DNA of 64,000 nt from positions 1,302,001 to 1,366,000 of the forward strand of contig OZ361257.1 in the NCBI GenBank assembly GCA_977018835.1, read 5' to 3'. The position numbers were made by a program, and so were the translations under genes. Positions 12,489 to 23,882 of this stretch are shown here, piece by piece; positions within the stretch are counted from its first letter, which is position 1, and each line of letters opens with the position of its first letter. The notes beneath the pieces were generated by a model, which was not told the DNA's origin, searched no databases, and saw only the letters and a program-made list of their open reading frames with translations. The stretch comes from Minutocellus sp. GHC0000111 (lineage: Eukaryota).

Positions 12489-14514
12489 ATGACGGCCGTA
12501 GCCTCTGCCGGCACCGAAACCAACTCTGACCCGTTCGCTTCGTCCAACGGCACAAATGACGAAGAGACGACTAATAGAGGACAATCGGCAGCAGCGCAGG
12601 AGGCGCTGCCCAAACCTGAGAAATTTACCGACGAAGAGCTGGATAGCATGCTGTATGAGTGGGACGACGGGGTGTATCCTGTAAGGGAATACCACGTCAA
12701 GGCCGCTGCTCAACCGCCCCAGCAACGGCGTGCCAATGACGAGGCCAACACTGGCGATGAAGCAGACGGGGAAGACGAAGAGGGATACGACGAGGTTTAT
12801 CTCGATGATTTCAACACCGAGGAGGGGGCATATGTCATCGAATTCTACCAGCCGTGGTGCCCTCATTGCCAGCATTACAAGCCAGCGTACATTGAGATTG
12901 CCGCGGCCGTAACTCGACGTGCCGTGGGGACCAAGGTCAACTTCTTCGCGGTGTCCTGCGAGCTGTATGCCAACCTCTGCCATACGTATGAGGTGCATGG
13001 GTACCCTACCATCTTTGGATATGGCATTGGTTCGGATCCATTTGCACGGGGGATCGAGCTAAATTGGAGAAGATGTACCAGAAATGTCGGCGGAATCCAT
13101 CGGTGATTTGTTGTCCATTGAGCTGGCACATGAGCAGGTCGATGGTTGGAAGTCGAGTTACAGCAATTCCGAAGATCAGAGGAATCGGGAACAGGAGAAG
13201 AAAGAGGCTGCAGCCAAGGCGGCGGAACTCAAACATGAGTGGCAAAGCTTTCCAAGTACGCTCAATGATCGATACCACAATGCTGGTCTGAGTTTGGCCT
13301 TCGCGTTGAAAACGGGAGTTTACAACGGGTTCGGGAAGCTCAGTGATGATAGAGCGTTGGCTTTGTCGGACTTTTTAGATCTCATTGATTGGACGACCCC
13401 GCAGGTCTGGAACGTGCGTACTGTTATGGTCAAGGAATTACGCCTGCGATTTCACGACGTAGTTGTTTCGTCAAAGAGCAATCTAATCGACATGGTCGAA
13501 CGGAATCAAGAGCTGCACGAACTGAAGAAGGGCGATGCAGCCCTGGACCATCTTTGGGGTTATATTGATGCTCCCCGTCGACCGAAAAGGCGCAATGCAA
13601 TTACTGGTCTCGGTGGTGATGTACCAGACACAAAGCGAACGAATGAGCTAACCAGTAGAAATCGCAAGTGGACGGAGGCTTGCACTCACGGACTTCCGGC
13701 GCATGGCTTTACCTGCGGCCTCTGGGATTTGTTCCACATCATCAGCATTGGAGCTTCTTTGCAGGATCATCAGCTCTATGGCTTTCATGCTGGATATCTC
13801 ACTTCGCACCGCGATGTTGCTCTGACTATTCGCAATTTTGTTGCCAACTTTTTCGCGTGCGACGTATGTCGGTGGAATTTTATTGATATGTTCGACAACT
13901 GCGGACATGACCACTGCAATCGCCTCCCATCGGAATCGTCAATCGTCCTCGGTGAAAGTGGGGGGACTGGACGAGGTGCGGAGCTGGTCAAAGAATTGCC
14001 TTTGTGGCTCTTTCAGGTGCACAATGCCGTAAATGTAAGATTGATGGGTGAAGCTGCCGCACGGGACAATCGCGAAGTTACCATGGAGGAGCGAAGAGCT
14101 GCGCTATTCCCTCCTGTTGAAATGTGCCCGGGGTGCTGGACCGATGTGGAAACAAATGAATATGACAGTGATACAGTTTACGAATTTCTCAAAAGTTGGT
14201 ACTGGCCCAAAAAGGAAGATGTCGATGCCGGCTTTGCTTCAGTTTTGAATCGAAACTTGCTTGCCCGGGGCATCAGGGTAGTTCAGCCGAAGGCAACTCT
14301 TTCCTCTTTTTTCTTGACGATATCAATCACCATGGGGATATTTGGTTGTATCATCAAGCTGGCCAGTGTCTTTGGTTGGGGCGCCAGCGGGGGGAAGCGT
14401 CACCATTACCTTCACTATCCGAAAAATCATTCATCTACTACAAATGGAAGCATTACAACGATGGCAAATAAGCCTCGGAGGAATAAATTCAGACGACCTC
14501 CTGCATACATGTAA
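12489..14514 (+). CDS. QSOX: QSOX-type sulfhydryl oxidase (thioredoxin + Erv/ALR domains); apparent +1 frameshift at ~13064
   Basis: WCPHC thioredoxin site; GFTCGLWDLFH, FFACDVCR, LWLFQVHNAVNVRL, CPGC, C-terminal TM; removing one T in AAATTGGA joins the two ORFs. Confidence 0.85.
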
Positions 14515-14620
14515 AAGTATCAGGAAGTGATAGTAATTCAGTATCATTTCGTATCTGTCTGGATAAGTTACGACCACTTTCAAATATAAAATTGCATATG
14601 ACATTAAGAGACACCTACTC

Positions 14621-15616
14621 TCACGAGGTACCTTCCTCGCTCTTCTCTGTACGATCATACTTGTACAATTTCTTCAAACCCATCCACCCACGTGGAAGCG
14701 GCACTTCGTCTCCCTGGGCCGAGCAGTCCGCTTCCGCTGCATCCTTTTTCTCGACAACTGCTGTGTCGTCCTTCTTTTCCTCCTGCTCCGCATCATTCCT
14801 CCCTGGGACCTTGGTGCAGTCGAGCTTAATCTCCCAAACATCGCAGTTGTCAAATTTGTACGTCATCTCCAACATTGCCTTGAAGAATTGCGAGTGGCCG
14901 ACGATGGCAATGCTGTCCTCGGGCTGATCGCAGACCCACTGCTCGAATTCGACTATGAGTTTGGCAAACCCACCAAAGTTGCCCGGTATCCATTCCGAGG
15001 GGGTCTTCTCTAGCAAGCAGGTCAATTCCTCCACGCGCTGTACAGGTGGCGATAGCTTCTGTTCCGATGTGGAGTTGCCAGTCACGCAACACAGCATTCC
15101 CTCCGACGTCTGCCTAGCACGAAGCAGGGGAGAGTGCGCTACCAGCTGCACATTGTTCTCTATAAGAAAGTCATCCGCTCGTCATTGATCACCAACTTGA
15201 TTGATCTGTGAGAGTAGAGGGTTGAAACATGGTTGAGAAGGAGATGCATGTATGTAAGCGCCCGAACTGCCTGCCAACAATGCCGTACGAACTTCCGATT
15301 CATTCATTCATTCAAACGAATGCATTCATTCAAACGAATGTATAAATAACAAACACAAATACCGATCAAGATCAACGAAACCGCAACACTAGCGAATGAA
15401 ATTACCCCACCAACGCACCTGATCCCAACCGACCGCACTGACGTCGCTATCAACCTGGGCGGGAACGTTGATCAATTCCACAGACCGTCGCAAGTCGGAA
15501 AGGCGTGGGAGGCTCATTCTCCCGACGTTGGAGATGGATCGCTGCAAACATCCGATACGCTCATTCTCCAGGCTTTCGGCGTGCCGAATAAGAAACAATG
15601 ATTTGAGGTCGGACAT
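14621..15616 (-). CDS. Histidine phosphatase/phosphoglycerate mutase family; intron 15206-15418; in-frame TGA at 15182-15184
   Basis: LFLIRHAES, SPLLRARQT, IVGHSQF motifs; the spliced frame contains one TGA. Confidence 0.75.
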
Positions 15617-15852
15617 GCTGGGATGTAGTTGTGTTGTTAAAACGTGCAGTTGGCTTCGGCGTTGCAACGAACGGTATTGGCACAAAAAATGACGATTACG
15701 CCGCATGGTGAATCCCGCAAATTTTGTCGGGACTGATTCACTCTCGACCGCGCTCGACACTCAAAAAAGGACAAGGCAAGGCTGAAGGTACTCGTAAAGT
15801 AGTGGGCCATCCATCTGCTTTTGTTCCGCCTGACCCTTGACCAGCATTCATC

Positions 15853-17619
15853 ATGACCACCATCACCTCTCTACCGAGATATCCTCTCTCGGTCGTCCTG
15901 TCGTATCTGGGCGAGTGCGACGGAACCTCAGCCTTGATCACAAACAAGCCATGGTCTCGTAGAGTCCTGCCACATTTTGCACTCCGCCGGCCGCTCGTTT
16001 CTGGTGGCAGTGGTAGCGGTGGTGGTGCCTCATTTGGCAAGAATGATGATGGCAGTGCAGGCAACATTCGAAGGATACCGCAGACACGCCACTCCTATCG
16101 TGTGTATCCCGTCCAGGACGCGGATACCTTGCTAGCCAGGCTCAACACTCGCCGTCTGGCACAACGACTGGCTCAAATGAGACGCGAGCGATTGCATGGA
16201 GTCGTCAAGGCGATTGATAACAAGCAAGATGGCGATGGTGGCGATGCCTATTCTGCAGCCTACAAGCTGGGCTTAGATTCGAACGACTTGGCATTTTCAG
16301 AATGGCAGATGCAAGCTTCCTCTGATCAGAATGACGGACGAAGAAAATGGCCAGCTGAATTGGAGTTGCTCTTGTGGCGTGAGGGATATTCGAAAAAGAC
16401 GTCTTCTCTGCCTGTACATGTGGTGTCTCCCAAGCCTATGCAAGTTTCTGATGGTGTCATTGTATTGGCCAGCTACCCTCGATCGGGCAACACCTTGCTC
16501 CGCTCCCTCTTGGAGCGCACCACGCTGTGCGTTACTGGCTCTGATACTCGGCCAGACCGGACCTTGTCACGAGCACTGGCTGAACAGCACAATTTGGTCG
16601 GTGAGGGCATTGTCCGTCCCAAATCTCTCCACCCTGTTTTGGACCATGCAAACGTAGGCGTCGTCAAAACGCATTGGCCGGAGCGCAAGGGATGTCTCCC
16701 CTACGCCATTCGCAGGGCAATCCTCTTGGTGCGAAATCCGTACGATGCCATCGACTCCTATTGGAATCTGTGCGTTACGAACACTCACACGGAGTCGGTT
16801 GTTGATTCGATCTACGAGCGGTACGCCGATAAGTTTCGGGCATTGGCGCTGAGCGAAATGCAAACCTGGATACGATTCCATTCGTTTTGGTTGGACCAGT
16901 GTCGAGAACGTGGTATGGACATCTGCGTGGTCCGGTATGAAGATTTGGTTACCGACGTTGAGGGGACGTTTCGAGATGTTATGAAATTTGTGCTAGATGC
17001 GGAGGATGGTCAAGATTTGGATGACTTTTGGGAAGGTAGATTGCACCACGTCCTTGGTGTGAAGGATTCCGATGATCAGCAGGTGCAACAGCACGAGGGC
17101 TGTACATCGCGCCTGGGCTCCTATCGCCCTCGTAGTGCAAACGATGATTCGAATTCAAATGCTGCACAAGGTGATTCTTGTAGTACTCTGCGCAAGGTAC
17201 CTCCTGCGGTGGGCAAGTCATTGCTGCGCAAAAGGAGATATTCCGAAGAGACCTTGCGTAAAATGCACGATGCAGCAGCTTTGCTGGCAATAGACGCAAC
17301 ATCAGGAGGAGCTAACGAAGGGGCTGGGTCAAATATTTCTCTCCTCAAGCGCTTTGGCTACGATATTTTCGAACAGGGATTCCCATACAACTTTATTTCC
17401 AAGGAACCCTCTGTTGATCAGATCTATTCAGGTGTTCACATGGAAAAGAGGGGCAATGTGAGAGGAGAAAGCGGCCTGTGGTCTCCGATGAAAGTGAATG
17501 TCGGCGCAGAGATAAGACCGCACGACGATCCGTACGGACGAGCAATGACAAATTGGCGCAAGGGTGAAACGTCCAATGATACAGAGCCGTTTCCTACCAT
17601 GTCGAGATTGAAGAAATAA
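15853..17619 (+). CDS. PAPS-dependent sulfotransferase domain protein with F-box-like N-terminus
   Basis: ASYPRSGNTLLR (5'-PSB), VKTH, LVRNPYDAIDSYW (3'-PB), RYEDL. Confidence 0.85.
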   Translation: MTTITSLPRYPLSVVLSYLGECDGTSALITNKPWSRRVLPHFALRRPLVSGGSGSGGGASFGKNDDGSAGNIRRIPQTRHSYRVYPVQDADTLLARLNTRRLAQRLAQMRRERLHGVVKAIDNKQDGDGGDAYSAAYKLGLDSNDLAFSEWQMQASSDQNDGRRKWPAELELLLWREGYSKKTSSLPVHVVSPKPMQVSDGVIVLASYPRSGNTLLRSLLERTTLCVTGSDTRPDRTLSRALAEQHNLVGEGIVRPKSLHPVLDHANVGVVKTHWPERKGCLPYAIRRAILLVRNPYDAIDSYWNLCVTNTHTESVVDSIYERYADKFRALALSEMQTWIRFHSFWLDQCRERGMDICVVRYEDLVTDVEGTFRDVMKFVLDAEDGQDLDDFWEGRLHHVLGVKDSDDQQVQQHEGCTSRLGSYRPRSANDDSNSNAAQGDSCSTLRKVPPAVGKSLLRKRRYSEETLRKMHDAAALLAIDATSGGANEGAGSNISLLKRFGYDIFEQGFPYNFISKEPSVDQIYSGVHMEKRGNVRGESGLWSPMKVNVGAEIRPHDDPYGRAMTNWRKGETSNDTEPFPTMSRLKK

Positions 17620-17808
17620 TTAGATGGTGATATTTCTCAAAACTTGAAAACCTCTTCATGTACTTGTGTTAATTCTAGACCATTTGCAAAGTTCCTACGA
17701 CCTACATTCGCAACGCATGTATGGAATGACCCAATTATGTAGGAACTTCCTCTGTCATGCAACATAAAATAATTTTGACGCCGACAAATATCCTCCCGAC
17801 TGTTTCAA

Positions 17809-18822
17809 CTAGTTTTCCTTGAGCAAAGCCGACACCTTGGCCAACTCTTCCTTTTCACCGGTTCGCATAATTTTCTTCCTCCGTTCCATATCCTCCTCGA
17901 TGCTCAGTGGCTTTGCATTGGCCCCATCGGCACCACCACCGGCAGCTCCGTCGTTGAGATCGACCACGCCATCGTCGTCATTATCGGCGCCACCATTCTT
18001 TCTGGCCTCTTTCTCTTCATCGAGCTTGGCCATCAGGTCCTTGCCGGCCTCCGTAAGGGCCTTCAGATCTTCCCTCCCAGCGACGGCGTTGCTCACGGAC
18101 TCATGGATGGCTTGAGCACCCTCTTTGTCCCCCAGGCAACTCTCGTCCAGTGCCCTCTTGGCACCCTTGGCAAGGCCGTGGGTCTGGCCCAGCTTCGACA
18201 CGACAGCCCGCAGGTCGGATCTCTTCCGACGGGCATCGCGAAGCTTCTTCCGAAGGGTGGCAGTTTCCTCATCGATGGCCGCAACCTGCTCCAACGTCGG
18301 AACGGCCTCCTTGTTGGGCGGTACGGCATGCTGACTTGCGGCCGATGCCGAAGAGGTGCCGTCGGCAATATTGGTTGACTGGTCCGCACCGGTGCCCACT
18401 TGGTCGACGCCTCCAGCCAGATAGGCCTTGACAATCTCCTCTCGTCTCTTTGGGCCGGTACCGACGGGCAGCGCAAATACGTTCCGACAGGCGTACGCCT
18501 CGGCAATGTCGAGGTTGGTACCGTACAAATTACGGAGGATGCTCAGCAACTTCTCCGGAGGGCGCTGGGTTCTTTTGCCGCCCACATCCCCAATGCCACC
18601 GATGCTGGGCCGGCCCGAAGCATCCATATCCTCGGGGAGAAAGGGCAGGCCAGTCTCAATGCTGTTCCGGAGCGCTGCATCAATCTGGTCGTTTAGGCTG
18701 TCGAAGATACGGGAGGGGAGCGAATCGAAGAGAATGGTCGCCGTCTCCCCCGCCCTAGGAATTGGAAGGGCCGCGGTGGCCTCTGGGGGCGCCGATGATG
18801 ATGTATCCGTGCTGGTTTCCAT
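17809..18822 (-). CDS. Coiled-coil protein, candidate kinetochore subunit Mis12
   Basis: LFDSLPSRIFDSLN and LDIAEAYACRNVFALP resemble the two Mis12 conserved blocks, followed by coiled coil. Confidence 0.55.
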   Translation of the reverse strand: METSTDTSSSAPPEATAALPIPRAGETATILFDSLPSRIFDSLNDQIDAALRNSIETGLPFLPEDMDASGRPSIGGIGDVGGKRTQRPPEKLLSILRNLYGTNLDIAEAYACRNVFALPVGTGPKRREEIVKAYLAGGVDQVGTGADQSTNIADGTSSASAASQHAVPPNKEAVPTLEQVAAIDEETATLRKKLRDARRKRSDLRAVVSKLGQTHGLAKGAKRALDESCLGDKEGAQAIHESVSNAVAGREDLKALTEAGKDLMAKLDEEKEARKNGGADNDDDGVVDLNDGAAGGGADGANAKPLSIEEDMERRKKIMRTGEKEELAKVSALLKEN

Positions 18823-19065
18823 AGCGGTGGCTGTAGGTTGGGAAACACTGAAGGAACAGCGGTATCTTGTTGCTGGCCGTTTTTTTTTCCATCATGTTGG
18901 TAGTGTAATGTGTGCCTTTTCGCAGTACAGGCGCCTGTACCTTTTCACTTACTCAGCGGCTCGCCTCAGCGGAGATTTTCCGCCACTGGGTACGGGTCTC
19001 ATACGAGTAGAAGAAGTTGTTGGTTCGGTTCGGTTCAGTTCAGCTCACTTCATTCATCATTGGCG

Positions 19066-20040
19066 ATGCGCTCTCTCGTCACAATTACTAGTATCTCCCT
19101 CCTGTCTCTCAAGGCATCTCTGTCGTTTGCACCGTCGCCATTGACAACCACCGGCAAACGAAAGCACGAGAAGTCATCATGTCTTTGGGACTCGTCATCC
19201 GATGCTACCGATACCAGTGCCATCTCTTCCTCGTCCGAGCACAATATTGATCAGCTTGTCAAGCTTTGTTATGCTAGCAGTCTATCGTATCTCCCCATCG
19301 ATTCCATCTCCTCTTCTCCGTATGCTGATATTGCTCAAAGTCTTCGGCCTCTTGTGCAAGTAGTTGAAGTTAATACAGAATCAGGCGCCACGATATTCGA
19401 ATGCACCGAGGAAGGGGACGATACCGTCATTGTGGCATGCCGTGGGTCAGCAACGCCAAGGAACTTTGTGACCAATCTGCGTTTCCAACTCAAGCCATTG
19501 TCAAAGACACTAATTGCAAATTCCGAGGAAGAGGGTGCCCGTGGTCGCGAAGGCTTTCAGGAGGCGGCTGAGGGCTTGTGGGAACGATTGGAGCCCAATC
19601 TGATGGGTGGAACGATTGGTGGGAGAAATAGAAAGATAATATTCACGGGACACTCGCTGGGTGCTGGGACCAGCGAGATGACAGCACTGCATGCAGCGGC
19701 GGCATCGACGGGTGGGACGGAAATATCGCAAATCACAACGTTTGGTGGCATTTGTATTGGCGACGCCGCATTTGTCCGTCATGTGAATTATGGAGCCCTC
19801 GCAAACACGGATATCAAGCACATTGTCCATGATTATGATCCCATTTTATTCAATAATGGACCTCTGTGGGAGAAATTGGGATTCGAACGAAGTGGAATTA
19901 CGTTGGAATGTGATCCCCACGAAGCTAGAATATTGACAGAGGAAAGGAATGACAACACTTTGGGCCTTCGCATTCCACCATTCAACATTCTCGATCACTG
20001 TAAATATCTCGGAGTCTTCGTCGGCCCAAGGTTAAGATGA
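19066..20040 (+). CDS. Class 3 lipase, predicted plastid-targeted
   Basis: Signal peptide ending ASLS|FAP; VACRGS, IFTGHSLG nucleophile motif, TFG, DPI, C-terminal DHCKY. Confidence 0.85.
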   Translation: MRSLVTITSISLLSLKASLSFAPSPLTTTGKRKHEKSSCLWDSSSDATDTSAISSSSEHNIDQLVKLCYASSLSYLPIDSISSSPYADIAQSLRPLVQVVEVNTESGATIFECTEEGDDTVIVACRGSATPRNFVTNLRFQLKPLSKTLIANSEEEGARGREGFQEAAEGLWERLEPNLMGGTIGGRNRKIIFTGHSLGAGTSEMTALHAAAASTGGTEISQITTFGGICIGDAAFVRHVNYGALANTDIKHIVHDYDPILFNNGPLWEKLGFERSGITLECDPHEARILTEERNDNTLGLRIPPFNILDHCKYLGVFVGPRLR

Positions 20041-20167
20041 CCATAATACTTCTGCGCAGTGCAAATCCAATGTATAACCTTTAAAAAATGATGAAGCATG
20101 TATTAAATAATATTAAAAGTTAAGTTGGGATCAGCTTTCTCGCAACTGGACATATCGCTTGGGGTTG

Positions 20168-20887
20168 TTACGCCTCTGGCTCCTCGCAATTGTTCTCGTC
20201 CTTCTTGATGAATTTCTTGACAAAGTTCTCGTCTATCCATGGCGTGGTACTCAACGCAAGGCCAATGCGGAGAGGGACAGCGAAACGAGCGAAATTGACA
20301 AAGGCAAAGGCCTCGGCGCCCAATTTGGCCATGTCCTCCTTGTCGCTGAAGTTGGGGAAGTGTCCGGTAGCCTCGAAAAAGGCGAAGGAGCAGACGGGCA
20401 CACTGATGGCCCAGAAACCAAGCTCCCAGAGTGCGTACGAGATAACTCCGGCAGTTCCGGCCTCCTTCACCTGCTTGAGCAACTTCTGCGACTCGGACAG
20501 CTCTTCCTCTTCAGTGATGACGCACTCCTCATCGACGGTGGCCACTGCCTTCTTGTCGTCGCCATTGTCGCTGCTAAGAGTTTCAAGGTACGGCTTGGGT
20601 CTCTCCGCGATAGCAACCCCACCATCCTCGGACTTCTCTTCCTCGCCGCCAAAGAGGGGCTTCTCGGGCTTCTTCAGTCCCAGCTTCTTGAGGAAGGGAG
20701 GCATGCTCATGCTGTTCCCTCTCTGCAAGTTGTTGGTCCGCGCCGGGGGGCACGACAGCTCAGTGGTCAGCTCGTCGCGACTGGCAACGGACGAGACCCG
20801 TCCTGTGAAACTGGAGGGTGCCATTCGTTGAAAGGCAGAGGCGGAGCACGCCAGAAGAAGGAGGACCTGGACCGTATATTGCTTCAT
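20168..20887 (-). CDS. Plastid-targeted membrane protein of unknown function
   Basis: Signal peptide with SASA|FQ; hydrophobic block AGTAGVISYALWELGFW...RFAVPLRIGLAL. Confidence 0.75.
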   Translation of the reverse strand: MKQYTVQVLLLLACSASAFQRMAPSSFTGRVSSVASRDELTTELSCPPARTNNLQRGNSMSMPPFLKKLGLKKPEKPLFGGEEEKSEDGGVAIAERPKPYLETLSSDNGDDKKAVATVDEECVITEEEELSESQKLLKQVKEAGTAGVISYALWELGFWAISVPVCSFAFFEATGHFPNFSDKEDMAKLGAEAFAFVNFARFAVPLRIGLALSTTPWIDENFVKKFIKKDENNCEEPEA

Positions 20888-21100
20888 TGTTGTACTTGAT
20901 TTTGTAGCGGGAAATGATCGTCGACTTTCGAGGCGGGGTCTGTCTGCATCAGGTCAGTGTCGTCAGGCAGTGATGTGTGATGTGGTGGTGCAATGTCCGG
21001 GTTCCTTTCCAACCAACCCCACATACCCGTACCCTCGCTCATATCATGCTCGATCGTCATTGCAAAAGCAAAGAGGAGAACAGGGGACAAACATATCAGC

Positions 21101-21874
21101 ATGAGATTCTCACTCACATTCTTTGTTCTGGCGGGGGCAGCGGTGCTGGACACATGTTCCTCGCTACAATTACCAACCACGGGCAAAGGAAGTCGGAGAA
21201 GTGACTTTGCCGGCAACGTTGAAAGTAGCAGCACCAGTACAGGCAGGCGTGCCTTTCTATCGGCGGCCATGGCTACAATTGGCACTGGTGCATTCGCAGT
21301 TCAGCCGTCTCACGCGGAAAAGTTGGGAGACGTCGTAGAAGGAGAGGGCAACACGTACGAGAATCCAAACATTCCAGCTGGTCCTGAGGAGCGTTCTGGA
21401 CTCGTGGTCCTTCGAGTTGCTGAAGTGGCCCAATTCCAGGAGAAGATTCTGCGAGCCGTCGTCAACGGGGATCTGCCTGATGTTACCGTCTCTCCTCAGC
21501 AGATTGTCTTTGGGACTAAAATTTTGCTCAAGAACTCCAATTTGGCTTGCAATATGAGATTAATGATTGATCAAGAAGTGCCAAGACAGAGGAGAGCTGA
21601 GGCCTCGAGAAATGCAGCAACGTGCATGAATACTTTGCAAGAAATATATACCACAGCTGACAATATCCAAAGGCCATTCAACTCCAAGGAGATGATTCTA
21701 ATAGCCGACCTTTATCGCGACGTGAGGATACAGCTGAATAGTCTGTACGAATATTTGCCTCAAAAGGAAAAGGATAAGTACTACGGTTACTTCGTCGCGG
21801 TTACAGAATACGAAAAGAAAATTGCAGAGGGAGTGTACAATCCCGACGTTGATGGTGTCTTGAAATTTGATTGA
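21101..21874 (+). CDS. Predicted thylakoid-lumen protein of unknown function
   Basis: Signal peptide, then twin-arginine RRAFL + hydrophobic segment + PSHA cleavage-like site. Confidence 0.7.
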   Translation: MRFSLTFFVLAGAAVLDTCSSLQLPTTGKGSRRSDFAGNVESSSTSTGRRAFLSAAMATIGTGAFAVQPSHAEKLGDVVEGEGNTYENPNIPAGPEERSGLVVLRVAEVAQFQEKILRAVVNGDLPDVTVSPQQIVFGTKILLKNSNLACNMRLMIDQEVPRQRRAEASRNAATCMNTLQEIYTTADNIQRPFNSKEMILIADLYRDVRIQLNSLYEYLPQKEKDKYYGYFVAVTEYEKKIAEGVYNPDVDGVLKFD

Positions 21875-22204
21875 TGGTAGATCTAGTATTTTCACGGAGA
21901 ACTAGTCCGGTACTTCGTGTCATTGGCTGATAGTGAGCTTTGGAGTCATGTTTTTATTTAGTTATGTGCATTGTCAAAAGAAGGCATCAAATAAATTAAA
22001 TTTCTGCCGCAAAGGCTACAGGACAGGGGTAGCGCCTACTATTGTTATTACAAGCCACTCAATGAAGCTTCAAATACATGTGTGTTCAAATATGATGTAC
22101 ATTATAATCGCTATCTCTGTTCCTATTTCTCAACTTTCGCGCAAAAAAGCACCCTGTAGTAATAAATCCCCAACGTTGAATTTATCTACCGGAAGCTCTA
22201 GCTA

Positions 22205-23284
22205 CTAGATTGGTTCCATCTGAGTGACTTCCCCATGGAGCGCAGCAACTGTTGGGTCAGCTGACGACATTGCCACCGGCAGGGCATGTGACTCTTGAGA
22301 AGGAGCACCACCGCTGAGGGCAGTTGCGGCGCCAACAGGAGGAGGGGTGTTTGCTCTGAGCGCTTGGAGTGTTAGGGCGGCCTCCTCCTGAGCATCCATT
22401 TGCGCTTGCTCAGGATTCTGAAGGAGCTGCTCCTGCTTCGCCTTCTGCGTCACGCGCCACTTTTCGAGCTCGACTCTGTACCGAGCCTTCTCGCCCTCGG
22501 CCTCCTTGTCGTAGGGCTTGCAAGCGTCGGCGTCGAGGGCCTTCCACTTGGCGGCGATGTGCTGAGCCAGCTGGGCGAAGCCAATCTTCCCGTACGACTT
22601 GCGATGACGTCGCTTGGCTGGCTGACCAGAAGAGGAGTCAGCGGTACCGTTGGTACCTTCAGACTGAGTGCTCGATGTGCCGTTGGCTGTGCTGCTGGTC
22701 GTCTCTCCATTTGCTGGAGGTGCTGACTCCTTCAGAAGCTTCTCCCTTTCGTCTCTGAAGAAGAGATTGTATGCACTGAGGGGACGCTTCGGCTTGTCCT
22801 TGGGCTTGGTCCAGGAACGCTTCTTCTTTGCGTTCTTGGCATCGTCTGGGGCAGCAGAGGACGAGGCTGCGGCCTTGCTTTTGCCATTGGTAGATTTGGC
22901 ATCCTTCTTCTTGGCCACTGCTTTCGAAGTTTTGGAGGACGACTTGTTTTTGGCTGGAGACTTGGTACTAGAAGTATGTTGGACATCTTCAGAAGCAGCC
23001 TTTTCCAGAATCATGGCCTTTTTGGATGTAGCGCGTCGACGCTTGGGCGCCGGGTTGATGGCCTTTGCGTCCTCGGTACTTGCTGCGGTAGCTGTAGACG
23101 AGGCAGCCTTTGACGTCTTGGCCTTCTTCTTGGCTGGCGACGAGGAGGGTGGCGTCTCGTCGAGGACTGCTCCGACTGCAATATCTTCGTCCACGGCAGT
23201 TGGTGATGGACGTTGTGGGGATGGCTTGGACGACCCGCCATCCTTGGCCGAGATGGCGTCTTTCTTCTTGCCTACCTTTGCCAT
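22205..23284 (-). CDS. HMG-box DNA-binding protein
   Basis: KPKRPLSAYNLFF...IGFAQLAQHIAAKWKAL...EKARYRVEL with low-complexity insert between helices. Confidence 0.9.
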   Translation of the reverse strand: MAKVGKKKDAISAKDGGSSKPSPQRPSPTAVDEDIAVGAVLDETPPSSSPAKKKAKTSKAASSTATAASTEDAKAINPAPKRRRATSKKAMILEKAASEDVQHTSSTKSPAKNKSSSKTSKAVAKKKDAKSTNGKSKAAASSSAAPDDAKNAKKKRSWTKPKDKPKRPLSAYNLFFRDEREKLLKESAPPANGETTSSTANGTSSTQSEGTNGTADSSSGQPAKRRHRKSYGKIGFAQLAQHIAAKWKALDADACKPYDKEAEGEKARYRVELEKWRVTQKAKQEQLLQNPEQAQMDAQEEAALTLQALRANTPPPVGAATALSGGAPSQESHALPVAMSSADPTVAALHGEVTQMEPI

Positions 23285-23882
23285 GATTGACTTATCGATC
23301 CGGTGGATGTAAGGACTGTTTTTGCGTGGGAAGGGTCACCGAAAGCTGGCTGGACCTTGGTGCAATAATTGTTTTGGGCGATGGGGCGAGAAAGTTTCAG
23401 CGGCAACGTAGGGCACAAAATTCAAATGATGACTCGAATCTGATTCCTGACTTTCAGCTTCCAAATTGCACGATGTAGACGTAATCTAATCACTGGGGTG
23501 GCGGTCGAAATAAAGGGTCGAGGGGTCTCTCTAATTTCACTTCTGGAGGGCATAGGCAATCGTCAGATCATCATGGTGCCAACGATGAGATATGATTTGG
23601 ATGGACCGCGGACATTTATGCCTCATTTTCAGTCAAATCGGGGGGTTCCCAGGCAGAGCGAGTGAGGGGAATCGAAGCAGCGGCGTCTTTCCGGCTTCCG
23701 CACGCTGCAGCTGTGGAAGTCAAAAGATCCTCCGCTCCTGCCTGCTTGCGCTGGCTTCGGTGCTTCCATTCCCCTCCATTGCGCTCTTTTCCATCCGCAT
23801 CGGAGGTTGCCGTTCTGATCGCATCGGCACATCTCTTTTATTAAAACACCAAACGCAAATAATTCAGCCATCAAAAGTAATC

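Noticed and set aside
15297..15340. CATT repeats and duplicated CATTCATTCAAACGAATG
   Set aside because: Intronic slippage-type repeat with no evidence of function
20159..20899. Long antisense ORFs (also 6661-7317, 18428-19144, 22668-23312, 29717-30508)
   Set aside because: Shadow frames of GC-rich genes, with no motifs
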